This document shows, one piece after another, positions 9,357-19,250 of a stretch of DNA of 64,000 nucleotides; position 1 is the stretch's first letter, and every line of letters begins with the position of its first letter. The notes below the pieces were generated by a model. The model was given only the letters and a program-made list of their open reading frames with translations, was not told where the DNA came from and did no database searches. The DNA comes from PVC group bacterium (GTDB lineage: Bacteria > Verrucomicrobiota > Kiritimatiellia > CAIKKV01 > CAITUY01): positions 7,906-71,905 of the forward strand of contig CAMDCX010000003.1 of the NCBI GenBank assembly GCA_945890715.1, written 5' to 3'. The position numbers and the translations under genes were made by a program.

Positions 9357-10688
9357 TTACCGAATCTTCACCGGCTCAAACCGAGGCGCAAGGAGATGAT
9401 TAACGGCGAAAGCGACCAGATAGGCAAACGCACAAATGCTGAAGAGAATGGCATAACCAGCTGTCTCGCTGCCTGCCAACCTATAGTGATCCAGCATCTT
9501 GCCTGTCATAATGGGAAAAATCATACCGCCCAACGATCCCGCCATACCCCCCAGCCCGATAATCGAGGCAATCGCCCGCTTGGGGAACATATCGGACACC
9601 GAGGTGAATAGATTAGCAGACCAGGCTTGATGCGCAGCCCCCGCCAACCCGATCAACAGTACCGCAGGCCAGTCACCGACTTTTGTAACGAAAAAAATCG
9701 GCAGCACGCAAAGCGCAAACAGGAACATTCCAGTCTTACGGGCACGGGTCACACTCCATCCGGATTTTGCCAAATGACCGGTGATCCACCCGCCAAAAAT
9801 ACTGAGCACGGTAATGATCCCGTAAATGACAACGAGTAATGGCCAACTATGCTTGATGTCCAGATTTCGGGTCGTCTTGAAGTAGTCCGGGAGCCAAATG
9901 AGAAAAAACCACCAAACAGGGTCAGTCAGGAATTTCGCGACAATGAAAGACCAGACCTGACGGTAGCCCAAAAGAGCTTTCCAGGGAATCTTTTCCACCC
10001 GATCACTTTCCTCACGGTCACTAAGGATATGCTCAAGCTCCTTTGCATCCACCTCCTTATGCTTTTCGGGAGAATCATACATTTTGATCCAGAACCAGAG
10101 CCAAACAAAGCCAATTATACCGGCCACGATGAAGGGCATCCCCCACCCGAACTTGATCGCCAGAAGCGGAACTAAAGCGGGTGCCAACAAGGCCCCAACA
10201 TTAGTTCCTGAATTAAACAAACTGGTCGCAAAAGCACGTTCCCGCTTGGGGAACCACTGCGCCGTACTTTTGACGGCGGCGGGGAAGTTCCCGGCCTCGG
10301 CAAGCCCGAGCAGAACCCGACACAGTCCAAACGCCGCCACGGCCAATGCGGCAGCCCCGAATACCCGCCCTCCGATCTGAATACTGGCATGGCCGGGCAT
10401 AATTGCCACGATGGCATGAGCCATCGCCGCCAGGCTCCAGCCTACCATCGAGACGGCATACCCGACCTTGACCCCGAACCGATCCACAAACCAGCCAAAG
10501 AACAACAGACCCAGTCCATAAGCGGCCTGGAACAGGGAATTAACAAGCCCGAAATCGGCCTTGCTCCATCCAAATTGCACATCCAGAAACTCTTTGATCA
10601 GGGAAAGAATTTGCCGGTCAATGTAATTGACCGTCGTGGCGAAAAAAAGCAGCGTGCAAACAACCCACCGGTAATTGCCCTTGAACAT
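9357..10688 (-). CDS. exuT: MFS hexuronate transporter (ExuT-like, ACS family)
   Basis: NYIDRQ, EAGNFPAA, WFPKRERA, KFLTDPVWWF, AHQAWSAN; lies in the uronate operon. Confidence 0.85.
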   Translation of the reverse strand: MFKGNYRWVVCTLLFFATTVNYIDRQILSLIKEFLDVQFGWSKADFGLVNSLFQAAYGLGLLFFGWFVDRFGVKVGYAVSMVGWSLAAMAHAIVAIMPGHASIQIGGRVFGAAALAVAAFGLCRVLLGLAEAGNFPAAVKSTAQWFPKRERAFATSLFNSGTNVGALLAPALVPLLAIKFGWGMPFIVAGIIGFVWLWFWIKMYDSPEKHKEVDAKELEHILSDREESDRVEKIPWKALLGYRQVWSFIVAKFLTDPVWWFFLIWLPDYFKTTRNLDIKHSWPLLVVIYGIITVLSIFGGWITGHLAKSGWSVTRARKTGMFLFALCVLPIFFVTKVGDWPAVLLIGLAGAAHQAWSANLFTSVSDMFPKRAIASIIGLGGMAGSLGGMIFPIMTGKMLDHYRLAGSETAGYAILFSICAFAYLVAFAVNHLLAPRFEPVKIR

Positions 10689-10702
10689 AGAGTTCTCTCC
10701 TT

Positions 10703-11530
10703 CTAAACGCCTGAATAGGCTAGAAATCCGCCATCCACAGGAATCACAACACCCGTGACAAAGGAGGCTTCGTCGGAAACCAGGTAGGTCAGCGCACCGC
10801 ACAAATCTTTCGGATCCCCGAACCGGTGCATCGGCGTCTTGTTAATAACCTTCTGTCCGCGAGCCGTGAGGGTCGTGCCATCCGGCTCAAGCATTAGAAA
10901 CCGGTTCTGCTGGGTGATGAAAAAGCCCGGGGAAATGGCGTTGACCCGGATGTTGGCGGGAGCCAGGTGAACGGCTAACCAACGGGTGAAATTGTCGATT
11001 GCCGCCTTCGCTGCGGAATACGCCGCCACCTTCGTCAACGGTTGCGTTGCGGACATCGAGGATATATTGATGACGCTACCCCCCGTTTTCAGCATGGACT
11101 GACAAAAAACCTGAGCCGGCAACAGGCTGCCGATGAAATTGAGTTTGTTGACAAATTCGAACCCCGCCAAATCAAGACCGAAAAAGGAGTCTTCCAGCTT
11201 CGTTCCCTCTACAAACTGTTCGGCGGGACAGGTGCCCTTGGGATGATTTCCTCCGGCACCGTTAACCAGGATATCAATCCGACCCCACTTTTCCAGCACC
11301 GCCTCCCGAGCCATCTCGAGGGAGGCGCGCTCCAACACATTAACCCCAAAGGCCAGAGTTTCTCCGAGTCCTTTCGACGCAAGGGTCTTCTGAAAGGTTT
11401 TGGCATGATCCTCATTCAGATCAGCCAAGACGACCTTGGCTCCCTCCCTCAGCAGGGACTCCGTCATCACCGAACACAACACACCCGCCGCTCCCGTCAC
11501 TACCGCTACTTTTCCGTCAAGCCGCCCCAT
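10703..11530 (-). CDS. uxuB: SDR D-mannonate oxidoreductase (fructuronate reductase, UxuB/YjmF type)
   Basis: TGAAGVL, NGAGGNHPKGT, catalytic YSAAK, C-terminal DGGFLAYSGV; adjacent to uxaC. Confidence 0.82.
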   Translation of the reverse strand: MGRLDGKVAVVTGAAGVLCSVMTESLLREGAKVVLADLNEDHAKTFQKTLASKGLGETLAFGVNVLERASLEMAREAVLEKWGRIDILVNGAGGNHPKGTCPAEQFVEGTKLEDSFFGLDLAGFEFVNKLNFIGSLLPAQVFCQSMLKTGGSVINISSMSATQPLTKVAAYSAAKAAIDNFTRWLAVHLAPANIRVNAISPGFFITQQNRFLMLEPDGTTLTARGQKVINKTPMHRFGDPKDLCGALTYLVSDEASFVTGVVIPVDGGFLAYSGV

Positions 11531-11559
11531 AATGCCATCCTTCTGCGGGTTTACCGCTG

Positions 11560-12972
11560 CTAATTAAAAAAACCGAAATACCGGCGGGCATTGTGGTAAC
11601 AGATGTCCGCCACCATTTTTCCCGTCAAATCCATATCATTCGGAAGACGCCCGCGCGCCATATCGTGGCCAAGAATGTTGCACAGCAGGCGCCGGAAATA
11701 CTCATGCCGCCCATAGGACAGGAATGACCGGCTGTCCGTCAGCATGCCGACAAATTGGCTCAGCAATCCAAGTTGGGAAAGCGCCTCGATCTGGCGGGTC
11801 ATACCGTCAAGTTGATCCAGAAACCACCACCCGCTCCCGAACTGAATTTTTCCCGGCGTCACGCCATCCTGAAAACAACCAGCCAAGGTGGCAATGAGTT
11901 CATTATCACAGGGATTGATATTATAAAGAATCGTCTTTGGCAGTTTCCCAATCTGATCCAGACGGTCAAAATGACGAATCATCCCTTCACCCGTCGGCCA
12001 ATCACCGATGGAATCAAATCCGGTATCAGGCCCCAGTATCGCCGCCATGCGACTGTTGTTATTGCGCAAAACACCATAATGGATCTGCATCGTCCAGCCC
12101 CGGTCGGCATCCATCACCGCCAGCTCATGAAGCATGAACGCCTGAAACGCCAAGGCCTCCTCGGCTGAAACCGGCTTTCCGGAACGAGCTTTCTCAAAAA
12201 CAGTCCCGGCAACCGCCTGGGTGCATCCTTCGGCGGGGATAAAAGCAACCCCACGGTCAGACAGTCGACACCCACAGGCATGAAAGAAATCATGACGCTT
12301 TTGAAGCGCGGCGAGAAATCCATCCAGATTTCCAATATCCGCATTGACGGTTCCGGCAAGTCGGTCGGTCCAGGCATTGAAGGCCGCCGGATTGGCAACA
12401 GTCCAGCATTTATCCGGACGCCATGTGGGCCGCACCTGAACAGAAAATCGATCCGCAGCGATAGCCTGGTGGTGCTCCAAAGAATCCACGGGATCATCGG
12501 TGGTGCAGACCACCTCAACTTTGGCCTTTTTCATCAGGCTGCGGGCAGAAAACTCCGGCGCGGCAATGACCTTAAGCGATTCAGTCCAGATGGATTCGGC
12601 GGTAGCGGGCGACAACAGGCGGTCGGCAATCCCAAAAACATTTTTTAGCTCCATGTGCGACCAGTGATACAGGGGATTCCGGAGAGCCTGCGGCATGAGT
12701 TCGGCATACTTGTCGAACTTTTCCCGATCGGAAGCGTTGCCGGTGCAATACCGCTCCGCAATCCCGGCCGTGCGCATCTGCCGCCATTTGTAGTGGTCGC
12801 CATAGAGCCAGACCTGGGTAATGTTGTCCCATCGCTTGTTACTCGCGATTTCAGCCGGAGGCAAATGGCAGTGGTAATCAATAATCGGAAGATCCGCCGC
12901 ATACCCGTGGTACAATTCACGAGCCTGCTCCGTCTCCAGTAGGAAATTTTCACCAATGAATGTGTTTGCCAT
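11560..12972 (-). CDS. uxaC: glucuronate/uronate isomerase
   Basis: IIDYHCHL, GDHYKWR, CTTDDP, GSGWWF, GMLTDSRSFLSY, RHEYFRR. Confidence 0.97.
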   Translation of the reverse strand: MANTFIGENFLLETEQARELYHGYAADLPIIDYHCHLPPAEIASNKRWDNITQVWLYGDHYKWRQMRTAGIAERYCTGNASDREKFDKYAELMPQALRNPLYHWSHMELKNVFGIADRLLSPATAESIWTESLKVIAAPEFSARSLMKKAKVEVVCTTDDPVDSLEHHQAIAADRFSVQVRPTWRPDKCWTVANPAAFNAWTDRLAGTVNADIGNLDGFLAALQKRHDFFHACGCRLSDRGVAFIPAEGCTQAVAGTVFEKARSGKPVSAEEALAFQAFMLHELAVMDADRGWTMQIHYGVLRNNNSRMAAILGPDTGFDSIGDWPTGEGMIRHFDRLDQIGKLPKTILYNINPCDNELIATLAGCFQDGVTPGKIQFGSGWWFLDQLDGMTRQIEALSQLGLLSQFVGMLTDSRSFLSYGRHEYFRRLLCNILGHDMARGRLPNDMDLTGKMVADICYHNARRYFGFFN

Positions 12973-12978
12973 AAGATC

Positions 12979-14274
12979 CTACTCCCGATCCGAGAAATTC
13001 CCGCGGAATGACCAAAGGCCCAGCGCAGGGTTGCTAATGAAAAAGACCCGCTCCCCTTCAACCTCATTCATGCCGTCCGAAAGTGTTTGCGGGTTGTATT
13101 GGGCCATCAGGGTCTTGAGATCGCCATACCGATATCCCACCGATTCAATTTCGGTCCGAGAGAGGTACCCGGGGCAATAGGTAATCCCAAACCGGTCTTC
13201 TGAAGAGCCGTGAATAAGATGAGCCGCCGCAGACAGATTGTTTCGCAACTCCAAATTTTCCGCTACACAGCGAAGTGTATAAGGAGTGCCCTTGTAGCCA
13301 TAGTGACGAACCAGACGGTCGATTTCGCGATCTTCACCGAACTCTTTCAACCCAGGGGCAAGAACAACCAATTCCCCGGCATCGGCAATGGCCATACGAG
13401 TCCTGTAAATAGCCTTATTACCCAGCCATGTGGAACGAAATTCCTCAGGATCCAGCCAGACCACCACTTTTGTCAAAGGCTCATCAAGCAATGTGATGTT
13501 GACCTTCCGACAAAGTTGGCAGGCCTCCTGAAAAAGCGAGTCTCCCTTTCCAGCATAAAACCCGCGCATTTTCATCCGACCAGCCGCATGGTCACGCTCC
13601 ATCACCGTGAGAATATACTGGATCGGAAGCCCACTCAGGAAGGTTGAGACACCATAATTGAACAGACGACGCACCGGCGTATCGGCATGACCAAGCGCCT
13701 TCTCCATATTGCAAACGGCACCTAGAAAATGCGATTTGTTGATGGTTTCGGCTCCCCCTACCCCGACCAACACATTCTTCGTGTAGTTGGCCATCCCGAC
13801 CACTTCATGAGGAACCACCTGCCCAATGGAAAGAATAAGGTCATACCCTGAAAACAGGCGTTTATTGACCTCAATATTGACATCGTAGTCCACTCGGCCA
13901 TCGGACCATTCCCGAAGTTTGTCTCCGGGAATAACACCTCGTGAAACCACGTCTTTCCGCCAATCATGAGGCAAGAAGCACTCCAGAGGAATGCTATCAC
14001 CAAACATCAACCGGAGCTCCGCCTCCCCCATTGGGGCATGCGTGCCCAGCGCCGGCATAATATCCGTTTTTGCACCCCAGCCTGAAAGCAACCGGTAGGC
14101 AATTGCGGTAATCGGACCGGCCATGGAGTTGAGCCGAGTGTGATCCGGGGGAAGGAGAAGCACCCGGCGAAGCGTTCTCCCGCCGAATGTCTCCAGCGCC
14201 TGAAGCACCAGTTGCTCCAATTCAGGAGACTGGATATCCAATTTCACACCGGCCTGTTTGATCACAGCGGTCAT
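12979..14274 (-). CDS. LarA/DUF2088 nickel-pincer 2-hydroxyacid epimerase (mannonate/gluconate 2-epimerase-like)
   Basis: PPDHTR, ALGTH, VVPHE...ANYTK, KSH and LGNK correspond to the LarA catalytic and NPN-binding positions. Confidence 0.8.
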   Translation of the reverse strand: MTAVIKQAGVKLDIQSPELEQLVLQALETFGGRTLRRVLLLPPDHTRLNSMAGPITAIAYRLLSGWGAKTDIMPALGTHAPMGEAELRLMFGDSIPLECFLPHDWRKDVVSRGVIPGDKLREWSDGRVDYDVNIEVNKRLFSGYDLILSIGQVVPHEVVGMANYTKNVLVGVGGAETINKSHFLGAVCNMEKALGHADTPVRRLFNYGVSTFLSGLPIQYILTVMERDHAAGRMKMRGFYAGKGDSLFQEACQLCRKVNITLLDEPLTKVVVWLDPEEFRSTWLGNKAIYRTRMAIADAGELVVLAPGLKEFGEDREIDRLVRHYGYKGTPYTLRCVAENLELRNNLSAAAHLIHGSSEDRFGITYCPGYLSRTEIESVGYRYGDLKTLMAQYNPQTLSDGMNEVEGERVFFISNPALGLWSFRGNFSDRE

Positions 14275-14279
14275 CCTAT

Positions 14280-15740
14280 TTACACAACGTAGGTCGACGA
14301 TGTGGTTGAGCCTCCCAGCTTGCACCAGTCCGTGTGGAAGAACTGACCGCGCGGCTTATCAATCCGTTCGTAGGTATGGGCGCCAAAATAATCTCGCTGT
14401 GCCTGAAGCAGGTTGGCGGGAAGTGTTTCGGCGCGATACCCGTCATAATAGGCCAACGCGGACATGAAAGCGGGAATCGGGATTCCGTGCTTCACAGCGC
14501 GGGCCACTGCCCGGCGCCAGGCCTTCTGGCTCTGACGAATCGCCTTCTTAAAATATTTATCCAGAAGCAAATTGGCCAGTTTCGGATTCCGATCAAAAGC
14601 CGCCTTGATATCGCCCAGGAAACGCGCCCGAATGATGCACCCGCCACGCCACATCAGAGCAATGGATCCATAATCGAGCGTCCAGTTCTGCTCTGCGGCC
14701 GCCGCACGCATCAATTGAAAACCCTGAGCATAGGAACAGATCTTTGAGGCATAGAGAGCTTGACGAACATCCTCGATAAAGGCTTCCTTATCTCCTTTAA
14801 ATTTGGCTTTCGGCCCTGACAACACCTTGGCGGCCGAAACACGTTCATCCTTCATCGCGGACATGCAACGGGCAAACACAGCCTCCGAAACCGTCGGTGC
14901 CGCGACTCCGTAATCCAACGCCGCAATGCTGGTCCACTTACCCGTCCCCTTCTGGCCGGCTGTGTCCAGAATGATATCCACCACATGCTTCCCGGTCTCT
15001 GGATCCTTCTCCGCGAGGATATCACGCGTAATCTGAATAAGGTAGGAGTCCAAGTCGCCTTCATTCCACTGCGTAAAGACCTTGTGCAACTCCTCATTCG
15101 ACAGCCCGAGCACCCCTTTGAGCAGGGAGTACGCCTCACAGATCATCTGCATGTCGCCGTACTCGATTCCATTATGAACCATTTTGACAAAGTGGCCGGC
15201 TCCATCAGACCCCACCCAGTCGCAGCAGGGAACATCGCCCTCCACCTTGGCAGAAACAGCCTGAAAAATCGGCTTCACATGGGGCCACGCAGCGGGTGAT
15301 CCACCGGGCATGATGGATGGTCCCTTAAGCGCGCCCTCTTCGCCTCCGGAAACACCGGTTCCTATAAACAACAATCCCTTCGACTCGACATAGTTTGTCC
15401 GGCGGATCGTATCCGGATAATGGCTGTTACCGCCATCAATGATGATGTCACCAGCCTCCAGGTGCGGCAGGAGTTGCTCGATACACTCATCCACCGCCTT
15501 GCCAGCCTTGACCAGCATCATAACCTTGCGAGGACGCTTCAGCGCCGCGCAAAGCTCGGTAACTGTTTTGCATCCCACAATCTTTTTTCCCTTCCCACGC
15601 CCTTGAACAAAGGCTTCAACCTTATCCACCGTGCGGTTGTAGACAGCAACGGTAAACCCATGGCTCTCCATGTTGAGGACGAGATTTTCCCCCATGACGG
15701 CGAGTCCGATCATGGCCATATCCGCAGTTTGATTACTCAT
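14280..15740 (-). CDS. gnd: 6-phosphogluconate dehydrogenase, decarboxylating (NADP)
   Basis: [50 protein letters not shown]. Confidence 0.97.
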   Translation of the reverse strand: MSNQTADMAMIGLAVMGENLVLNMESHGFTVAVYNRTVDKVEAFVQGRGKGKKIVGCKTVTELCAALKRPRKVMMLVKAGKAVDECIEQLLPHLEAGDIIIDGGNSHYPDTIRRTNYVESKGLLFIGTGVSGGEEGALKGPSIMPGGSPAAWPHVKPIFQAVSAKVEGDVPCCDWVGSDGAGHFVKMVHNGIEYGDMQMICEAYSLLKGVLGLSNEELHKVFTQWNEGDLDSYLIQITRDILAEKDPETGKHVVDIILDTAGQKGTGKWTSIAALDYGVAAPTVSEAVFARCMSAMKDERVSAAKVLSGPKAKFKGDKEAFIEDVRQALYASKICSYAQGFQLMRAAAAEQNWTLDYGSIALMWRGGCIIRARFLGDIKAAFDRNPKLANLLLDKYFKKAIRQSQKAWRRAVARAVKHGIPIPAFMSALAYYDGYRAETLPANLLQAQRDYFGAHTYERIDKPRGQFFHTDWCKLGGSTTSSTYVV

Positions 15741-15774
15741 GCTTTTATTCCTTTGTCTTGTTCGTTTATTGAAA

Positions 15775-16662
15775 TTAGTTTTTCCAGTGAGGCTGGGACG
15801 GTAACGCCGCTTCAAATTCGTCGACTAGTCGCTTCTGGTATGCTCCCGCGAAAGACCCGTTGAAGAATCGCTTCAACCCCTCTCCCGCAAGCTCAGCCCA
15901 GGACGACTCTTCCCGCCCGGGAAGGATCGGAAAGAAAAGGGCCTGGTTCCCATCGGCGGCCTTACGGTCTCCGGGCGCATCACCGACCATCAACACCTTA
16001 CCTTCGGCGTAGTGCCCCTTGGTCGCGTGGGTAAGATGCTCAGTCTTGGTGCCATGCTCCTGACCGGCAATCACACTGACGGTTCCACGAATTCCCGCTT
16101 CCTCCCATTCCCGCTCCAAGGCTTCCAGTGGGGTCTGGGACACGACAATCATGTCAGCTTTTCCCGTGCCGGCTGATAACACCTCGCGCACACCAGGAAA
16201 GGGCGGAATTCCAAACACCATTTCTTCAATACGGCGATTAACCTCCAAGCTCCATTCCAGCAACCGTTTCAGCTCGGGAGTAGGATCATCGGCGACTTTC
16301 TTCTTGAGCGCGGGATTCCCAAGCTTAGTCTCCACTTTGAGCCAGGCGGAAAGCTCCGAGGTATCCGCCAGTTTCACTCCCCGCTGACTGAACTGGCTAC
16401 GCAATCGCATCAACGCAAAGGTTTTTTCAACAGCCAGAAAACGGTTACAACCCCGATCCTTGCTGTAGAGATTTACAAATTCCCAGGTCTCCCGGGCATA
16501 TTTGCTCGCAGATTGAAGGCCGAAATGCTTGATGAAAGCCGGGCAGAAACATTCCTTCTGCTTAATCTCCATCGAATCGAACACGCACCCATCACTGTCA
16601 AATCCGATAAAGAACCCATGCTTTCTGGGCAACTCCACTAATTGCTTTACATACTGATCCAT
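15775..16662 (-). CDS. HAD-superfamily hydrolase/phosphatase
   Basis: Motif [10 protein letters not shown], motif II VSQT, motif III K (GTK), motif [10 protein letters not shown]. Confidence 0.85.
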   Translation of the reverse strand: MDQYVKQLVELPRKHGFFIGFDSDGCVFDSMEIKQKECFCPAFIKHFGLQSASKYARETWEFVNLYSKDRGCNRFLAVEKTFALMRLRSQFSQRGVKLADTSELSAWLKVETKLGNPALKKKVADDPTPELKRLLEWSLEVNRRIEEMVFGIPPFPGVREVLSAGTGKADMIVVSQTPLEALEREWEEAGIRGTVSVIAGQEHGTKTEHLTHATKGHYAEGKVLMVGDAPGDRKAADGNQALFFPILPGREESSWAELAGEGLKRFFNGSFAGAYQKRLVDEFEAALPSQPHWKN

Positions 16663-16666
16663 TACA

Positions 16667-17962
16667 TCACTTTCCCTTCCGATTTCCCTCTGGAACATAG
16701 GCCGCCAGCTTTCTGGCGGCAAACACCGGCTTGAACTGCGCGAATCGTTGTCGCCCGCCAATAGTCGGAACCGACGCCCAGTCCTCGCCGATCAGGGGCT
16801 GGGCATAGCGAATAAACTCATCCGTCACATCGGTTTTGCTCGGCGAAATCCAGTTTTTCGGAAACGTACGTTCGGAATTGGCAACCAGCTCCAACGGAAC
16901 CTTGTCATAGCGAACCTGATAAATACGCCCTGGATCCCTCAAAATCGTGGACATAAAGCCGCCCTCACCCCCCACCGCCAACTCAACCGCCTTCTGTCCG
17001 CACCGGTACGCTTCATCCAGATCAACCACCGAGGCATAGACCGCCGTGGAACGCTGATCCGTCCCAAAGACCTGGCCGCGCGCTGCGCCCGCCGCCTTAA
17101 TCCCGTGGTCATTCAGATAGTTGACGAGCATCTGCTGAGCCGTTGTTTTGCTCGCGCCAAAGGTGGCATGCCCGAATTTGTCTTTCAAGGCACCCAGATC
17201 CCCCACATCGCAGCCCTCGCTGAGCACCACCACCGCACGGCCGCGCGCGGCTACCATCTCATTCGTCTTTTCTGCCATCTCACCCAAGGACAATCCGGCT
17301 TCAGCCAAAAAAATCAGCAGAGGCATCTCGCGCTTGGGATCCGCCAGACGGGCGGCTGCGGGGATATAGCCGATCTTGCGACCCATTGCCTGAAGCACCA
17401 GCACGGGATCCGCCGGATAGGAACCCCGGTTCTCCTCTTCGGCATTTTGAACGATCATGGTCCAGTAACGTGCCACAGAGCCGTATCCCGGAGTATGATC
17501 AATCAATTTAAAATCGCTGTCGCCAACATCGTTGTCAATCGTTTTGGGAACGCCGATCCCGACAACATCCAACCCACGTTCACAGGCCAGTTTCGCGATC
17601 TTGTTGGCGGTGTCCATGGAGTCATTCCCGCCATTGTATAAAAAGTATCCAATATTATGAGCCCGCAAAACATCAATAACACGTTCGAAGTCCGCCTTCT
17701 GGCTGGATTTGATCTTATAACGGCAGGTTCCAATCGCACCCGCGGCAGGAGTCCACCGAAGGAGAGCGACCTCCTCTTCACTCTGAATGGATAAATCAAG
17801 CAATTCCTCGGTGAGAACCCCCTCAATTCCATGCCATCCCGCATAAATACGATCAACCTGATCCGGATAACTTCGGGCCGCTTCGATGACGCCTCGTAAT
17901 GAGCTATTGATCACCGGCGAAGGCCCACCGGACTGAGCGATAAGAAGGTTTTTTCTGGTCAT
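16667..17962 (-). CDS. PPi-dependent phosphofructokinase (PfkA family) homolog
   Basis: QSGGPSPVIN; GGNDS (Asp of PPi type); PKTIDND (Lys of PPi type); MGR. Start at MTRKNLL with a GGGGAG RBS. Confidence 0.85.
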   Translation of the reverse strand: MTRKNLLIAQSGGPSPVINSSLRGVIEAARSYPDQVDRIYAGWHGIEGVLTEELLDLSIQSEEEVALLRWTPAAGAIGTCRYKIKSSQKADFERVIDVLRAHNIGYFLYNGGNDSMDTANKIAKLACERGLDVVGIGVPKTIDNDVGDSDFKLIDHTPGYGSVARYWTMIVQNAEEENRGSYPADPVLVLQAMGRKIGYIPAAARLADPKREMPLLIFLAEAGLSLGEMAEKTNEMVAARGRAVVVLSEGCDVGDLGALKDKFGHATFGASKTTAQQMLVNYLNDHGIKAAGAARGQVFGTDQRSTAVYASVVDLDEAYRCGQKAVELAVGGEGGFMSTILRDPGRIYQVRYDKVPLELVANSERTFPKNWISPSKTDVTDEFIRYAQPLIGEDWASVPTIGGRQRFAQFKPVFAARKLAAYVPEGNRKGK

Positions 17963-18037
17963 CACTGAACTCCCCTTAATTCGGTTGATATAGGCTTCAA
18001 AATAGGCTTTCGCGCCGCCTTCTACAATCTGAAATAA

Positions 18038-18077
18038 TCGCAAATTGGTTGACATTTGCGAACTATATTTCCATGTT
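18038..18077 (+). promoter_or_regulatory. promoter of the XylR-like gene with an overlapping palindromic operator
   Basis: TTGACA(18049)-N17-CATGTT; inverted repeat TCGCAAAT-N8-ATTTGCGA at 18038-18061. Confidence 0.55.
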
Positions 18078-18082
18078 AAGTC

Positions 18083-19207
18083 ATGGCCGGAAAAATGAAA
18101 AATGTTCTGGTGGCGCTGGAATTCTACCGGGGGCCTCTGTTTGAGGGAATTGCGGAATATGCCCGATCGCACCACTGGCACCTGTCTTTGGAAATGCTAC
18201 ATAATCCTGGAAACATCCCTTGGGGGTGGGATGGCGATGGAATCCTCACCATGCTCATCCGTGACGAAACCGCCCTGTTGAAATTTCTACAGAAAACTAA
18301 AAAGCCCACTGTCAATCTGGAGGGCCGACGACTGACCACCTCCTATCCCCGGGTTCTCAGCGACACGAAAAAGGCAGCAGAAATGGCCTTTCATTATTTC
18401 AGGGGAAAAGGATTTGAGCACTTCGCCTTCTATGGCATTGAACATTCCGTGCGCGGTCGCGACTTTGCCCTTGTTACACAGGCCAACGGCTATCCTTGCA
18501 CGTTCCTGCTCGAGGGCGCGGTTTCATGGAGGACGCAGCTGGCCGTCACCCGTCGTTGGCTCAAGGATCAACCCAAGCCCCTCGCTGTTCTTTGCTGGGC
18601 TGATTATGCCGGGGCACGCTTTGTCGATATGGCGCACAGTCTGGGATGGCGTATTCCCGATGATGTCGCCGTTCTGGGAATGGATAATGAGAACCGCATT
18701 TGTGATTGTGCAGCAGTTCGCCTATCCAGTATTCAGACCGACATTCAACGCGTTGGCATTCTGGGAGCCGGGCTTCTTGATCGCATTATGGCGGGCGAAG
18801 CCATTGAGCCCAAAAGCCAGCTCATCCCTCCCCGCGAAATCGTGGAACGCCACAGTACCGATACCTTTGCGGCAGACTCCCCGTTGGTAACTCAGGCCGT
18901 CCGGTTCATGAAAGAGCATCATCCGTCAGGAATTAATGTGGCATCCGTGGTCGCCGCCTGCGCCGTGTCACGGCGCGGTCTCGAAAAAGCGTTTCTCAAC
19001 AGTTTAGGAAAAACCCCGTACCAGACGCTACTCCAGATCCGCATGTATAAAGCGCGCCTTCTGTTAAGGGAGGGACAAGAAAAAATTGCAACAGTCGCCC
19101 GTCTGGTTGGAATTCCGGACCCCAAGCACTTTTCCTCGCTCTTTCGCCATGAATACGGAGACGCGCCCCGCAATTACCGTCAGCGCTGGGAGCAAGCGAA
19201 TCTCTGA
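18083..19207 (+). CDS. XylR-like transcriptional regulator (LacI-type sensor domain plus AraC HTH)
   Basis: WDGDGIL, IPDDVAVLGMDN, LSSI, VERHST; C-terminal AraC helices; divergent from the uronate operon. Confidence 0.88.
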   Translation: MAGKMKNVLVALEFYRGPLFEGIAEYARSHHWHLSLEMLHNPGNIPWGWDGDGILTMLIRDETALLKFLQKTKKPTVNLEGRRLTTSYPRVLSDTKKAAEMAFHYFRGKGFEHFAFYGIEHSVRGRDFALVTQANGYPCTFLLEGAVSWRTQLAVTRRWLKDQPKPLAVLCWADYAGARFVDMAHSLGWRIPDDVAVLGMDNENRICDCAAVRLSSIQTDIQRVGILGAGLLDRIMAGEAIEPKSQLIPPREIVERHSTDTFAADSPLVTQAVRFMKEHHPSGINVASVVAACAVSRRGLEKAFLNSLGKTPYQTLLQIRMYKARLLLREGQEKIATVARLVGIPDPKHFSSLFRHEYGDAPRNYRQRWEQANL

Positions 19208-19250
19208 GTTCAGCCTTCTCCATTGGCGTCCACTTTTATATCATCAGGCC

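Noticed and set aside
12598-12609. ops-like GGCGGTAG as a target of the RfaH-like protein
   Set aside because: It is antisense and internal to uxaC, not in a leader; a chance match is likely in GC-rich DNA.
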